A program made the position numbers and the translations under genes. Shown here piece by piece: positions 35,940 through 45,640 of a stretch of DNA of 59,993 nucleotides. Each line of letters starts with the position of its first letter. Position 1 is the first letter of the stretch. The notes below the pieces were generated by a model. The model had not been told where the DNA came from and ran no database searches. It saw nothing but the letters and a program-made list of their open reading frames with translations. The DNA is from an uncultured Dehalococcoidia bacterium (lineage in GTDB: Bacteria; Chloroflexota; Dehalococcoidia; Lucifugimonadales; UBA826): positions 1-59,993 of the forward strand of contig CAZUHE010000001.1 of the NCBI GenBank assembly GCA_964620395.1, read 5' to 3'.

Positions 35940-37247
35940 TCATGGGTATCTGTAATTTCTAATACCTGTGATGAATCTCCATACTGTTGTCACGACAATA
36001 ACCGATATTATCCCACCCAGTAGAAATGTATTGCCAGCTCCTATCCGTGATGATACGAAGCCTACCTCAAATGTGCCTATGTTGTTTGCTGACATTGCAC
36101 AGAAAGAGTGAAAACTGACGGCCCTTCCTCTCATATGATCGGGCGTGGTTAACTGCACCGTGGTCTGCCTGGTCGCCATACCTACGGCATCCGTCATGCC
36201 TAATCCGGATATTATGGCACCTCCAATGACCAAAATTGTAATGGGGTTATCTGGTAAAAATTGAAGTGCTCCGAAGCCAAAAAGAAGTATGGAGTAAAGA
36301 GCTGTGGCTAAAAGTACCAGGATTCCCTTTGCCCTAAATTTCGCTGTGAAAAGTACGATGAAGCTACCCAGAACCCCACCGAGAGAATTGGCAGCTGTTA
36401 ATGGTCCTATCATTGCTGGTCCGCTTCTAAAAAGCCTGTCGACAATAAGAGGCATGATTTCTCTGTAGTAGCTGAATATAGTAACGCCTATATCCATTAT
36501 GTATAGACCAGGCAAAATTGGGTGATTCCTAACAAATCTGAACCCTTCCCATAATCTTTGTGTCACAGGAGTTGATGATTTTTCTTGGCTTTTATCAAGG
36601 CCATACTGAATTTTCAAGAACATAGGCATGAGTGTTGCGGGAATTGAAAAAGCAATACCTATAACGAATACGGAGGTGAGTCCAACGAACTCATATGCGG
36701 CTGAAAAGAGCAATGGACTCAATATAGAGCTGATTTGCATCGTGGCAGTGTTTGAAGTAACTGCATGCATTAAATGCGAAGTGGGAACAACATTTGCCGT
36801 AACCGCTGACCTTGCTGGACCACCCAGGGTGCTGGTTAATCCCAGTATGAGTACGATTACGTATATATGCCAAGTTTTGAGTGCATCAGTGACCAATAGC
36901 AGAGTTGCAATTGTAATAAGTATGAAGCTGAAAGACTGAGTAAATGAGATAAGTTTTCTTCTATCCATTGAATCTGCAAATGCACCACCAAAAAGCGTTG
37001 CTGGCATTTGCGAGGCAAGTTGAAAGATTCCTAAAAGTCCTAGGCTTAGTCCAGATCCAGTGGTCTCATATAACCATACACCGAAACCTATATTTCTCAT
37101 TTGCATGGTTACTGATGATGATAATCCTGATATCCAGAGCGTTCTAAATCCTGAATAAAAAAAGGCTGACCAGGGCCTTAGCCCTGAAGTGGATTGATGC
37201 TCGTTTTCTTCTTTAGCATTATTTTTTTGTGGGGGAGAAGATGACAA
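35940..37247 (-). CDS. MFS transporter (EntS/MFS_3-like)
   Basis: 435 aa with about 12 helices. It has the FYSGFRTLWISGLSS N-terminal motif and a GGAFADSMDRRKL loop. TTG start. Confidence 0.8.
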   Translation of the reverse strand: MSSSPPQKNNAKEENEHQSTSGLRPWSAFFYSGFRTLWISGLSSSVTMQMRNIGFGVWLYETTGSGLSLGLLGIFQLASQMPATLFGGAFADSMDRRKLISFTQSFSFILITIATLLLVTDALKTWHIYVIVLILGLTSTLGGPARSAVTANVVPTSHLMHAVTSNTATMQISSILSPLLFSAAYEFVGLTSVFVIGIAFSIPATLMPMFLKIQYGLDKSQEKSSTPVTQRLWEGFRFVRNHPILPGLYIMDIGVTIFSYYREIMPLIVDRLFRSGPAMIGPLTAANSLGGVLGSFIVLFTAKFRAKGILVLLATALYSILLFGFGALQFLPDNPITILVIGGAIISGLGMTDAVGMATRQTTVQLTTPDHMRGRAVSFHSFCAMSANNIGTFEVGFVSSRIGAGNTFLLGGIISVIVVTTVWRFITGIRNYRYP

Positions 37248-37346
37248 TTTAAAATCTCAAGTTGAACGTCTCTGTGGCAATTGCATTTAGCGTTTCCACA
37301 TTGTGTGAATTATTTCCGCAGATGTAAACACATATACACCATCATA

Positions 37347-38120
37347 TTATGCGTACAGAGCACTTGTTCCACCATCAACTAATATGCTGGCTCCTGTTAC
37401 AAAGGCAGCTTCATCTGATGCTAGATACAAGGCAGCATAGGCCACATCCATGGGATGCCCCATTCGTTTAAGTGGCTGCATTTTTTTTCGTCTATTTATT
37501 ACGTCGGAATCATCCAGTTCTTCCCAGGTTATTCCAGACATTTCAGTTGCGATTGCTCCGGGTTGTATCGTATTAGCCCTGATATTGTAGCGAGCATATT
37601 CTATGGCAGTTTTTTTGCTTAGCATAGCCAGACCACCTTTGGACACGTGGTAGGAAGTTGTGGAACCTCTGGTAACTTTGCTGTCTAGTACTGAGGAGTT
37701 GTTTATAATGGACCCTCCCTTGTTCTCCATCATTATTGGCACCACATACTTCGTGCAAAGAAAGGCACCTTTTAAATTAACTCCAATTACCTCGTCAAAG
37801 GTATCTTCACCCTCTGTGTGAGGCCCTCCATTGTCGTGGCGGTTAATCCCTGCATTGTTGAAAAGGATATCTATTTTCTTGTATGTATCGATTGATGATC
37901 TAACCAATTCCTTTACTTGATCTTTTTCTGACACATCAGCAGTAAAGAAAACTGCCTCCCCTCCGTTTTTTTTGATGTTGTCGGCGATTTGGGTCCCAAT
38001 TTTCCTCCGTCTTCCTGCGATTATTACTTTGCAGCCTTCTTCAGCAAAGAGCTCAGCTGCAGCTCTTCCCATGCCGGAAGTTCCACCAGTTATTAGAGCT
38101 GTCTTACTTTTTAGTCTCAA
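37347..38120 (-). CDS. SDR-family oxidoreductase
   Basis: 257 aa. Motifs seen are TGGTSGMGRA, NNAG and YHVSK (YxxxK). The TTG start has SD GGAGAA 6 nt upstream. Confidence 0.9.
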   Translation of the reverse strand: MRLKSKTALITGGTSGMGRAAAELFAEEGCKVIIAGRRRKIGTQIADNIKKNGGEAVFFTADVSEKDQVKELVRSSIDTYKKIDILFNNAGINRHDNGGPHTEGEDTFDEVIGVNLKGAFLCTKYVVPIMMENKGGSIINNSSVLDSKVTRGSTTSYHVSKGGLAMLSKKTAIEYARYNIRANTIQPGAIATEMSGITWEELDDSDVINRRKKMQPLKRMGHPMDVAYAALYLASDEAAFVTGASILVDGGTSALYA

Positions 38121-38220
38121 TCAGTTTCTCCGATTCAATTCAACGACGATTATACGCATACGGCTATTAATTTAATGGTTGATGACATGTTATTCTAGAA
38201 AGGTGGATTGAGGACCATTT

Positions 38221-38604
38221 ATGTTTGGAAAAATTCGTAAATATTTACTTTATTGTATCGGCTTGGTTTTTGTTGGAGTTGGGATAGCAGGGTATGTTCT
38301 ACCTGGATTGCCAGGGACGATATTTCTTATTTTGGCCGCCGGATGTTTTCTACGTTCAAACGAACGTATGTATGTGTGGGTGACCGAACATCGTCTTTTT
38401 GGGAAGCTCGTAAAAAATTACATGGAAACTGGTGGAATGCCGAAACGTGCTAAGGTGATCTCTGTCACCTGCGTATGGGTATTTTCCTCTATTTCCCTTT
38501 TTTCTCCTTATAACTGGATTTTTAAGATATTGGTTCTTGCGTTAGCGGTAATAGGAACTTGGTTTATATTGAGCAGGCCCACTTATACCAGCACCGATGA
38601 TTAA
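38221..38604 (+). CDS. DUF454 (YbaN-like) inner membrane protein
   Basis: 127 aa. GLPGTIFLILAAGCFLRSNERMYVWV is characteristic of the YbaN family. Confidence 0.7.
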   Translation: MFGKIRKYLLYCIGLVFVGVGIAGYVLPGLPGTIFLILAAGCFLRSNERMYVWVTEHRLFGKLVKNYMETGGMPKRAKVISVTCVWVFSSISLFSPYNWIFKILVLALAVIGTWFILSRPTYTSTDD

Positions 38605-38616
38605 CGGTTGAATTAG

Positions 38617-38895
38617 TTACAGTACGGATACTTTGATTTGCGGATCAGCCTCACCTCGCTCAAGTGCCTCCAGTATTGTGTCCGCTAAAGCCTTAGCGGA
38701 TTGAGGACTCAATTCTACCGCTAGCCTCGCTCCCACTCCTAGATTTTCGTTGACAAAATCTATGTTAACTCCATATTCCCACGGAGCATTAAAAGGGTGG
38801 TCATAGGACACATTTGCCATTGTTAAAGGAAACCATCCTTTCTGACCTTTCCCGCTTCCTTCTACCTTTGTCCTTTCACAGATCATAGTACACAT
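38617..38895 (-). CDS. small conserved hypothetical protein (DUF6295-like by recollection)
   Basis: 92 aa, MCTMICERTKVEGSGKGQKGWFPLTMANVSYDHPF... SD AAAGGA lies 10 nt upstream, and the gene is 18 nt downstream of the dienelactone hydrolase gene. The family name is unverified. Confidence 0.5.
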   Translation of the reverse strand: MCTMICERTKVEGSGKGQKGWFPLTMANVSYDHPFNAPWEYGVNIDFVNENLGVGARLAVELSPQSAKALADTILEALERGEADPQIKVSVL

Positions 38896-38913
38896 ATTGT
38901 TTAGTCCTTTGAT

Positions 38914-39669
38914 TTAGCCTACCGTTCTTCCGAGAAAGTCGAACATTTTCTCCCACCCGTCTACTGCAGAGCTTTGATGGTATATGGGCCTGTCGTAATA
39001 GAGAAATCCATGACCAGCCTCTGGGTATCTGTGGAATTCGTAATTTTTCCCTGCGTCTTTTAACTCTTGTTCGTGTTGATTTACTTGTTCTGGAGTTGGG
39101 GATTGGTCAAGGTCTCCAAAGAGCCCTAGGATCGGGGCGCTCAGTTGTTCTGTGTAGGAATTGGGAGACACCGGTTGTTTGTCTGTTAATTGGCTTCCAT
39201 CCATGATTACGTTTCCTCCCCAACACTCAATCACTGCATCAAAAACATCAAGCAGGCATCCTGATAGGAAAGCATGCCTGCCGCCTGAACAGGTACCAAA
39301 AACAGCAACCTTTCCATTAGAGGATGGCAAAGAAAGAACATATTCTGCGGCAGATTGAACATCGCTCATTACTTGTTCGTCTGATACTCCTCCGTCGGCT
39401 CTCACAGCGGCAGCAACATCTTCCGGTGTTCCCTTTGCCTCTCTGCAATACAAATCGGGACTTATTGCCAGATATCCATGATGAGCGAATTTCCTTGTGA
39501 ACTCTCGGTAGAGTTCATCCCATCCAGGTAAATGGTGTATCACCACAATGGCTGGAAATGGTCCCGGACCTTCAGGCCTGGCAAAATAGGTGTTTATAGC
39601 ATCCTCTTGGTGTCCTTTAATGGTTGTAGTACCAGCTACCATACCTTCGAATTGGTCAGTTGTGTACAT
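38914..39669 (-). CDS. dienelactone hydrolase family protein (carboxymethylenebutenolidase-like)
   Basis: 251 aa. It shows the alpha/beta hydrolase layout with a Cys nucleophile context FGTCSGG and a C-terminal AGHGF. SD AGGAG. Confidence 0.8.
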   Translation of the reverse strand: MYTTDQFEGMVAGTTTIKGHQEDAINTYFARPEGPGPFPAIVVIHHLPGWDELYREFTRKFAHHGYLAISPDLYCREAKGTPEDVAAAVRADGGVSDEQVMSDVQSAAEYVLSLPSSNGKVAVFGTCSGGRHAFLSGCLLDVFDAVIECWGGNVIMDGSQLTDKQPVSPNSYTEQLSAPILGLFGDLDQSPTPEQVNQHEQELKDAGKNYEFHRYPEAGHGFLYYDRPIYHQSSAVDGWEKMFDFLGRTVG

Positions 39670-39717
39670 TTTAAAATTACTCCTACTTATTGCTAATTTG
39701 TATTTGAATTCCGAAAT

Positions 39718-40512
39718 TTATGGAAACACTGCGGGTCCCACTCCGCCCCCGGCTGCGATTGCCTCTCCAGTGACTGCAGATGATAATGGAGAAGCAAGAA
39801 AGGTAACAACATTGGCTACTTCTGAGGCGTCAATCATTCTCCTTACATCCACTGACAGGCTAGATCGCTTTTCTAATTCGTCTATACTTACGCCTTCATT
39901 TTCGGAAATCTTTTGTTGTAAGGGTTTTGTACGTTCTGTTCGAGTGACACCGGGATGAACAAGATTTACATTTATTCCGTAGGGCCCCAGTTCACCTGAC
40001 AATGTTTTTGTCAGGTGAGTGAGGGCTATATTCCTCATCCCGCTTATGGTTCCGCCACTCCGTGCAGCTAGTCCACCAATATTAATGATTCTGCCCCATC
40101 CTAACTGTTTCATATGTGGCGCGATGGCTTTGGATGCTCTTAGATAACCAACAACTTTTGTGTCAATGTCACTCAGCAATTTTTCTGGGTCAGCCGTTTC
40201 GAGTGGCCCGATTACTAATCCACCTGGAGCTGCTGCGTTATTTATTAATATATCGATTTTCCCCAATTTGTTAATCGTTGAAGAAACGAAGTTGTTTATA
40301 GAATCTGTGTCTCTTGTATCAGCAGTTTGGAAATAGACGTTGGTTCCAAATGTGTCACTTAGATCTTTTGACGTTTTTGCTAGTGATTTTTCTTCCCTTG
40401 CGCAAATTGCTATATCGACGCCTTCACCAGCCAAAGAAAAGGCCACAGCTTTTCCTATTCCCCTACTACCGCCGGTTATCAATGCTGTTTTGCCTGCTAA
40501 GTCTAGGTTCAT
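39718..40512 (-). CDS. SDR-family oxidoreductase
   Basis: 264 aa. It has TGGSRGIGKA and NNAA, and a classical SDR length and layout. Confidence 0.85.
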   Translation of the reverse strand: MNLDLAGKTALITGGSRGIGKAVAFSLAGEGVDIAICAREEKSLAKTSKDLSDTFGTNVYFQTADTRDTDSINNFVSSTINKLGKIDILINNAAAPGGLVIGPLETADPEKLLSDIDTKVVGYLRASKAIAPHMKQLGWGRIINIGGLAARSGGTISGMRNIALTHLTKTLSGELGPYGINVNLVHPGVTRTERTKPLQQKISENEGVSIDELEKRSSLSVDVRRMIDASEVANVVTFLASPLSSAVTGEAIAAGGGVGPAVFP

Positions 40513-40540
40513 GTCTTTTCGCTACCTTTATAACCCTCTT

Positions 40541-41329
40541 CTATTCTCCTTCGAGTGCACGAATAATCTTTTCACCTTCAGTTTTCCAGAAAGAATAAAG
40601 TATAGATATATCAGTGCCAACCGAGAAATGGCGTACCCCCATATCAAGGTATTCCTTTGTTTCATCCCCCGAGTTTATTTCAGCCCTTGGCGGTACTCCC
40701 ATATCCAAAGCAGTTTTAAAAGTTTTTAATTTTGCACTAACCACCTCTGGGTCTTGCATCTGCCTGGGCTTACCAACATTCATGGAAAAGTCAGCTCCTC
40801 CCCATTGAACCATCTCCACTGAGGATTCATCTAGTATCTTCTCCAGTTCGTCTACCGCTCCCTTTTTTTCAATCATGAAGGCCAGAACGACGTCGGCAAC
40901 ATTTTCTACATATTCTGGAGACCCCCCATATCCCATGTAGGAGTTTCGTCGTGTTGCAACCCCATATGTACCTCTGTGATCAGGATGGTCTGGTCTGGCG
41001 GCACGAATACAATCTTGGACTTCTTCTAGGTTTCGCACATCTGTAAATAGGATACTTTCGAATCCGGCCCCTATTCCTCTTTGTGCAAGGAATGGCATAA
41101 GACTCTGGTCGATTTTTATCATGCTACCAAGACCGTGGAGCTCAGCTGCCCTACACATGTTGTCAAGGTCATGTAGGTCTGATGGGCCGTACTCCGCTAC
41201 AAACTCAACATAATCGTATAGGCCAGTGTGTCCCAAAGCTTCTATTTCTGAAGGCCAGACGCTGTGTATATGTGTGCTTAGTGTCGGTTTGTCAGCTTGT
41301 AATTTTTTTCGGATAGAGTTTTCTCTCAT
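40541..41329 (-). CDS. HpcH/HpaI-family aldolase
   Basis: 262 aa. It has an N-terminal LQADKPTLSTHI..., then DYVEFVAEYGP, IKID and MIEKKGAVDELEKIL contexts. SD GGAGGA lies 5 nt upstream. Confidence 0.75.
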   Translation of the reverse strand: MRENSIRKKLQADKPTLSTHIHSVWPSEIEALGHTGLYDYVEFVAEYGPSDLHDLDNMCRAAELHGLGSMIKIDQSLMPFLAQRGIGAGFESILFTDVRNLEEVQDCIRAARPDHPDHRGTYGVATRRNSYMGYGGSPEYVENVADVVLAFMIEKKGAVDELEKILDESSVEMVQWGGADFSMNVGKPRQMQDPEVVSAKLKTFKTALDMGVPPRAEINSGDETKEYLDMGVRHFSVGTDISILYSFWKTEGEKIIRALEGE

Positions 41330-41720
41330 AATTCCTCCATGATGTTTGCCTGATTATTGTTGAATCATTGCTAGGTTATCAAAAATCTTCTTTAAAACAA
41401 AAGAACGGAAATTATCCTTGTTTCAGTACTATAATATGTCTAGTTTTAAGTTGTGGGATTTATACTAATCTTTGGAAAGAGAGCCATATCATCAGAACGA
41501 TTAAATTCCCTGTATCTTCCCAGTTTTTGGTTGTGCTATTGCTAAGCCTTGTTTTGGCGGTTTATCTTGCTGCTGCTTCAGCTTCAACTAGGTTAGAATC
41601 ACGAGTGAATGATGGCGAAACGCAAGAAACTTTAAATTGGGAGAAGGTTGCCCTTTGGACGTGTCCGCTCCACTGAGAAGATTTAGATTGAAGGTTGAGT
41701 GTTGGTTTAAGTGAAAAGAA

Positions 41721-43028
41721 TTGGTTAATAATATAAAAGGTGGTTTGCCATCGCCAGACAAGGTATTTTACTGGCATTATGCCTGGGTCATAGTAATTGT
41801 CGTTGTCGGTATGCAGGTTGTTGCAAGTGGGGTTAGGATGGCATTTGGAGCTTTAATTGATCCACTAAATGAGGAGTTCGGTTGGACCCAAACTAACATT
41901 GGCATTGCCTACGCAATTTCGAGCTTAGTATCCGCTTTTGTGTCACCATGGGCCGGTAGTCTTGGAGATAGATATGGTGTCAGAATTGCAACACTTTTAG
42001 GTACTATTATTTTTTTTGCCGGCATGATACTTACAGCTTTTGTAGTTGAGGTGTGGCATTTCTGGTTCACTTATGGGGTTGTGCTAGGCGTATCTCAAGC
42101 TATATTTCTTGTGCCCCTTATACCAGCAGCGATGATATGGTTTCGGCGACATTTGGGTCTGGCAATGGGACTTATATTTGCCTCATTTGGGATTGGCCCT
42201 GCCATCTCTACTCCTATTGTTGCTTATTTGTTAACCAACCTGGGTTGGAAAATGACTTTTATATATCTTGGAATAGCTTCCACGGGAGCCATGTTGTTAA
42301 TGGTAATCATATTCAGGAATCGTCCCCAGGATATTAACCAACACCCTTATGGAACTATCCCGGGAGATAGCCCTATCAACACAAAAGCTCCTCCAATAGA
42401 GTTGTATCGGAAATTTAAGGCTTATATGAGATCCACAAAGGCCTACTGGAATTTGAGTTCAATTCATTTTCTGGGATGTGTTGGTCATGCCGTGGTAATT
42501 GTATGGCTGATTCCTATGGCTACCCAGCAAGGATTAACGCTCGTTAACGCATCTTTAGTTCTAACAGTTTTGTCTGTGGTTAGTATAGTTACCAGGATTG
42601 CAACGCCAATGTTATGTGAACGGTATGGTGTGAGGACCGTGATGGGAATATTTTATGTCATGCAAGGCTTGCCTGTTTTGTTGCTCTTCTTTGTGTCATC
42701 GCCTGCGATATTCCTGGTGTTTGCAGTAAGTTTTGGGATTGGTTATGGAGGGGAAACTGGAGGGTTCCCGATCCTCAATCGTAAGTATTATGGGCATGCC
42801 CCGATGGGAGACACTCACGGGTTTCAGATGCTTGGAGCTGGAATTGGAATGGCGTTTGGCGGGTGGATAGGAGGTCCAGTTTTCGATATTTTCGGTTCCT
42901 ATGATTGGGCTATAGGGATATCTTTGGTGGCGAGCCTGGGGGGCGCTCTCAGTATTGCCCTGTTAGAAAATCCTGCTCGCCTACTCATCCCTGACTGGGA
43001 AGTGGCTGAAAAGGAATATGATGGATGA
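41721..43028 (+). CDS. MFS transporter (oxalate/formate antiporter-like)
   Basis: 435 aa with about 12 helices. FGALIDPLNEEFGWTQT and GSLGDRYGVR motifs are present. Only TTG starts (41721 or 41745) are available upstream of the first helix. Confidence 0.8.
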   Translation: MVNNIKGGLPSPDKVFYWHYAWVIVIVVVGMQVVASGVRMAFGALIDPLNEEFGWTQTNIGIAYAISSLVSAFVSPWAGSLGDRYGVRIATLLGTIIFFAGMILTAFVVEVWHFWFTYGVVLGVSQAIFLVPLIPAAMIWFRRHLGLAMGLIFASFGIGPAISTPIVAYLLTNLGWKMTFIYLGIASTGAMLLMVIIFRNRPQDINQHPYGTIPGDSPINTKAPPIELYRKFKAYMRSTKAYWNLSSIHFLGCVGHAVVIVWLIPMATQQGLTLVNASLVLTVLSVVSIVTRIATPMLCERYGVRTVMGIFYVMQGLPVLLLFFVSSPAIFLVFAVSFGIGYGGETGGFPILNRKYYGHAPMGDTHGFQMLGAGIGMAFGGWIGGPVFDIFGSYDWAIGISLVASLGGALSIALLENPARLLIPDWEVAEKEYDG

Positions 43029-43074
43029 ATGATGGTATCAAAGAAAGTTTTGCCAATTACCAAAGGAATATAAA

Positions 43075-44493
43075 ATGACAGATTTGGGAATCGTTAACCT
43101 TACAGCCACGGAGATGGTTTCAGGGATTAGGTCAAAAAGTTTTTCTGCCAGAGAGTTGATGGAATCGCATCTGGAAATGATCGATCTTGTTAATCCGAAA
43201 GTAAATGCGATTGTCACGCTTCATGCCGACCTGGGTATTAAGGGTGCGGATTTAGCTGATAAGGCTGTGGCGAAAGGTGATGAGTTGGGAGTTCTTCATG
43301 GGCTACCGACAGCACATAAAGATCTGGTTTTGACTAAGGGAATAAGAACGACTTTTGGGTCGCCACTTTTCGCGAATCATATTCCTGATATCAGCTCACT
43401 TATTGTGGAAAGAATACAGGCAGCTGGAGCGATCACTATCGGGAAAACTAATACACCTGAATTTGGTGCGGGATCTCAGACATTCAATGAAGTTTTTGGT
43501 GCTACCCTTAATCCATTTGATATCTCTAAAACATGTGGTGGAAGCAGTGGAGGCGCTGCGGTTGCTCTGGCATCCCGTATGCTACCTATAGCCGATGGGA
43601 GTGACACAGGAGGCTCCCTGAGGAATCCTGCAAATTTTTGTAATGTGGTAGGTTTTCGACCCTCTCCAGGGCGAGTGCCGATGTACCCCTCAAAGGTGAG
43701 CTGGAGTCCTATTTCTGTCCAGGGTCCTATGGCGAGAACTGTTCAAGATTGTGCGTTGATGCTAGCAGCAATATCTGGACCTGATCGGCGTGTCCCTATT
43801 TCTATCACGGACCCAGGAGAAACGTTTATGAATCCCCTGGACAGGGAATTTAAAGGCACACGAATTGCCTGGAGCCGTGATTTGAATGGTCTTCCAGTTG
43901 ACGGGAGAACTACCAAGGTTTTGGAATCACAAAAACATGTTTTTTCAGATATTGGATGTGATGTAGATGACGATGAGCCAGATTTCAAAGATGCTGATGA
44001 AGTTTTTTTGACTTGGAGAGGCTGGGGTAGAGAAATCAATCAGGGAGAATATCTCAGAAATAATAGAGACCAGCTTAAAGATACAATGATTTGGGATATT
44101 GAGCAGGGAGTTAACCTTACCGGACCTCAGCTAGGCCTCGCTGAATCTAAAAGAACACAATTGTTCCAACGCATGCATGAATTCATGGAAAAATATGAAT
44201 TTCTTATATGTCCTGTTAGCCAGAGGCCCCCTTTTGATGTTGCTCAGAAATGGATTACAGAAATAAACGGGGTAAAAATGGATAATTTCATTAGCTGGAT
44301 GAAATCTTGTTATTACATTACGGCGACCGGACATCCCGCGATTTCCGTTCCTTGCGGATTTACCGATGAAGGGTTACCCGTAGGGGTGCAGATAGTTGGT
44401 CGATATCGTGATGATTTCGGAGTACTTCAATTGGCGAAGGCGTTTGAAGATAGGACGAGATTTTGTACGAATATACCTGTTGTATGTGAATGA
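43075..44493 (+). CDS. amidase (amidase-signature family)
   Basis: 472 aa. It carries the AS signature GGSSGGAAVALA...GSDTGGSLRNPA. SD AAAGGAA. Confidence 0.9.
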   Translation: MTDLGIVNLTATEMVSGIRSKSFSARELMESHLEMIDLVNPKVNAIVTLHADLGIKGADLADKAVAKGDELGVLHGLPTAHKDLVLTKGIRTTFGSPLFANHIPDISSLIVERIQAAGAITIGKTNTPEFGAGSQTFNEVFGATLNPFDISKTCGGSSGGAAVALASRMLPIADGSDTGGSLRNPANFCNVVGFRPSPGRVPMYPSKVSWSPISVQGPMARTVQDCALMLAAISGPDRRVPISITDPGETFMNPLDREFKGTRIAWSRDLNGLPVDGRTTKVLESQKHVFSDIGCDVDDDEPDFKDADEVFLTWRGWGREINQGEYLRNNRDQLKDTMIWDIEQGVNLTGPQLGLAESKRTQLFQRMHEFMEKYEFLICPVSQRPPFDVAQKWITEINGVKMDNFISWMKSCYYITATGHPAISVPCGFTDEGLPVGVQIVGRYRDDFGVLQLAKAFEDRTRFCTNIPVVCE

Positions 44494-44532
44494 AATTCCA
44501 TATGTCATAAGACGATAAAGGAGTCTCTGTAA

Positions 44533-45633
44533 ATGAAAATAACTAATGTTAAGGTGGATATGTTTGACTGGATTGCCGAACCCTGGAAAACAGGGGTTGG
44601 TACCCGCTTTGGAGAAGGCCATCAATTGGGTGTGGTAACTGTTGAGACTGACGAAGGCATCACTGGAAATGCCTTTTTGGGTTCCTCTCGTATGGGTGCA
44701 GATCATTTTGCTCCAGGTTTGATACAGTTCATTAAGCCGATCATTATGGGTCGTAATCCTCAGGATATTGGATCCATATGGTGGGATCTTTGGAAGATGA
44801 ACAGATCTGTATCTACCTATGTAATTGGTGCTATCGATATCTGTTTGTGGGATATAAATGGGAAAATAGCAGGTCAACCCATTCATAGACTATTAGGAAC
44901 TTGCAAGGACTCAGTTCCCGTTTATTCAAGTACCGCCTATCATGAAACTAAAGAAGAGTATGCTGAAGAAGCTATTCGATTTAAAGATATGGGGTGGACT
45001 GCTCACAAAATACACCCGCATGGTAATCCTGAGTATGATATTGAGATATCGCGCACTGTCAGAGAAGCCGTTGGTGATCAGATGAAGCTGATGCTGGATT
45101 CAATGTGGTCGTATCAATATGAAGATGCTCTTAGGGTTGGTAGAGCTATTGAAGATTTGAATTTTTACTGGTATGAAGATCCACTGGTGGAAGAGGATCT
45201 TTACAACTATATTAAGCTCCATCAAAAGCTCGATATTCCTATCATGTCTACTGAATATGCACCAGGTCGATACTATGGCATGACACAATGGATAACCCAG
45301 TTTGCGACCGATATTCTGAGAGGTGATGTGGCAGTGACCGGTGGCATCACACCTTTAGTAAGACTTAGCCACTTGGCGGAAGGGTTTAATATGAAATGTG
45401 AGATACATCATGGGGGGAATTCGTTAAATAATGTGGCGAATTTGCATGTGACGATGGCGGTTCCAAATTGTGAATTTTTCGAATTTTTCCCTTGCACCGG
45501 GGCGAACATGTTTGGATTGGTAGAAGATATCAATCTTGATGGTGGCTATGTGACAGCGCCTACTGAGCCGGGACTTGGTTATGAAATAGATTGGGGTATG
45601 CTCCGAAAAGGTCATAATGGTACGATCGAGTAA
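44533..45633 (+). CDS. enolase-superfamily enzyme (mandelate racemase / muconate lactonizing family)
   Basis: 366 aa. Motifs seen are MKITN...VETDEGITGNA, CLWDINGKIAGQPIHRLLG, and metal-ligand contexts LDSM / YEDP / TEY. SD AAGGAG. Confidence 0.85.
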   Translation: MKITNVKVDMFDWIAEPWKTGVGTRFGEGHQLGVVTVETDEGITGNAFLGSSRMGADHFAPGLIQFIKPIIMGRNPQDIGSIWWDLWKMNRSVSTYVIGAIDICLWDINGKIAGQPIHRLLGTCKDSVPVYSSTAYHETKEEYAEEAIRFKDMGWTAHKIHPHGNPEYDIEISRTVREAVGDQMKLMLDSMWSYQYEDALRVGRAIEDLNFYWYEDPLVEEDLYNYIKLHQKLDIPIMSTEYAPGRYYGMTQWITQFATDILRGDVAVTGGITPLVRLSHLAEGFNMKCEIHHGGNSLNNVANLHVTMAVPNCEFFEFFPCTGANMFGLVEDINLDGGYVTAPTEPGLGYEIDWGMLRKGHNGTIE

Positions 45634-45640
45634 CTAGTCT

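Noticed and set aside
38896-38916. Possible read-through or fusion between the dienelactone hydrolase and the 92-aa ORF (same frame, 18-nt gap)
   Set aside because: The stop is TAA, not TGA. The gap contains a normal SD (AAAGGA) for the downstream ATG. These are ordinary adjacent genes.
41368-41676. 102-aa ORF in the long intergenic region
   Set aside because: It has a TTG start without an SD and an odd composition, and I recognise no motif. It is probably a chance ORF; the region is kept as a finding only for its length.
41630-41680. CTGAGA-containing segment checked as a possible TPP riboswitch
   Set aside because: The other conserved TPP elements (the ACCTGATCTGGATAATGCCAGCG-like arm) are absent. 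Only a 6-mer matches.
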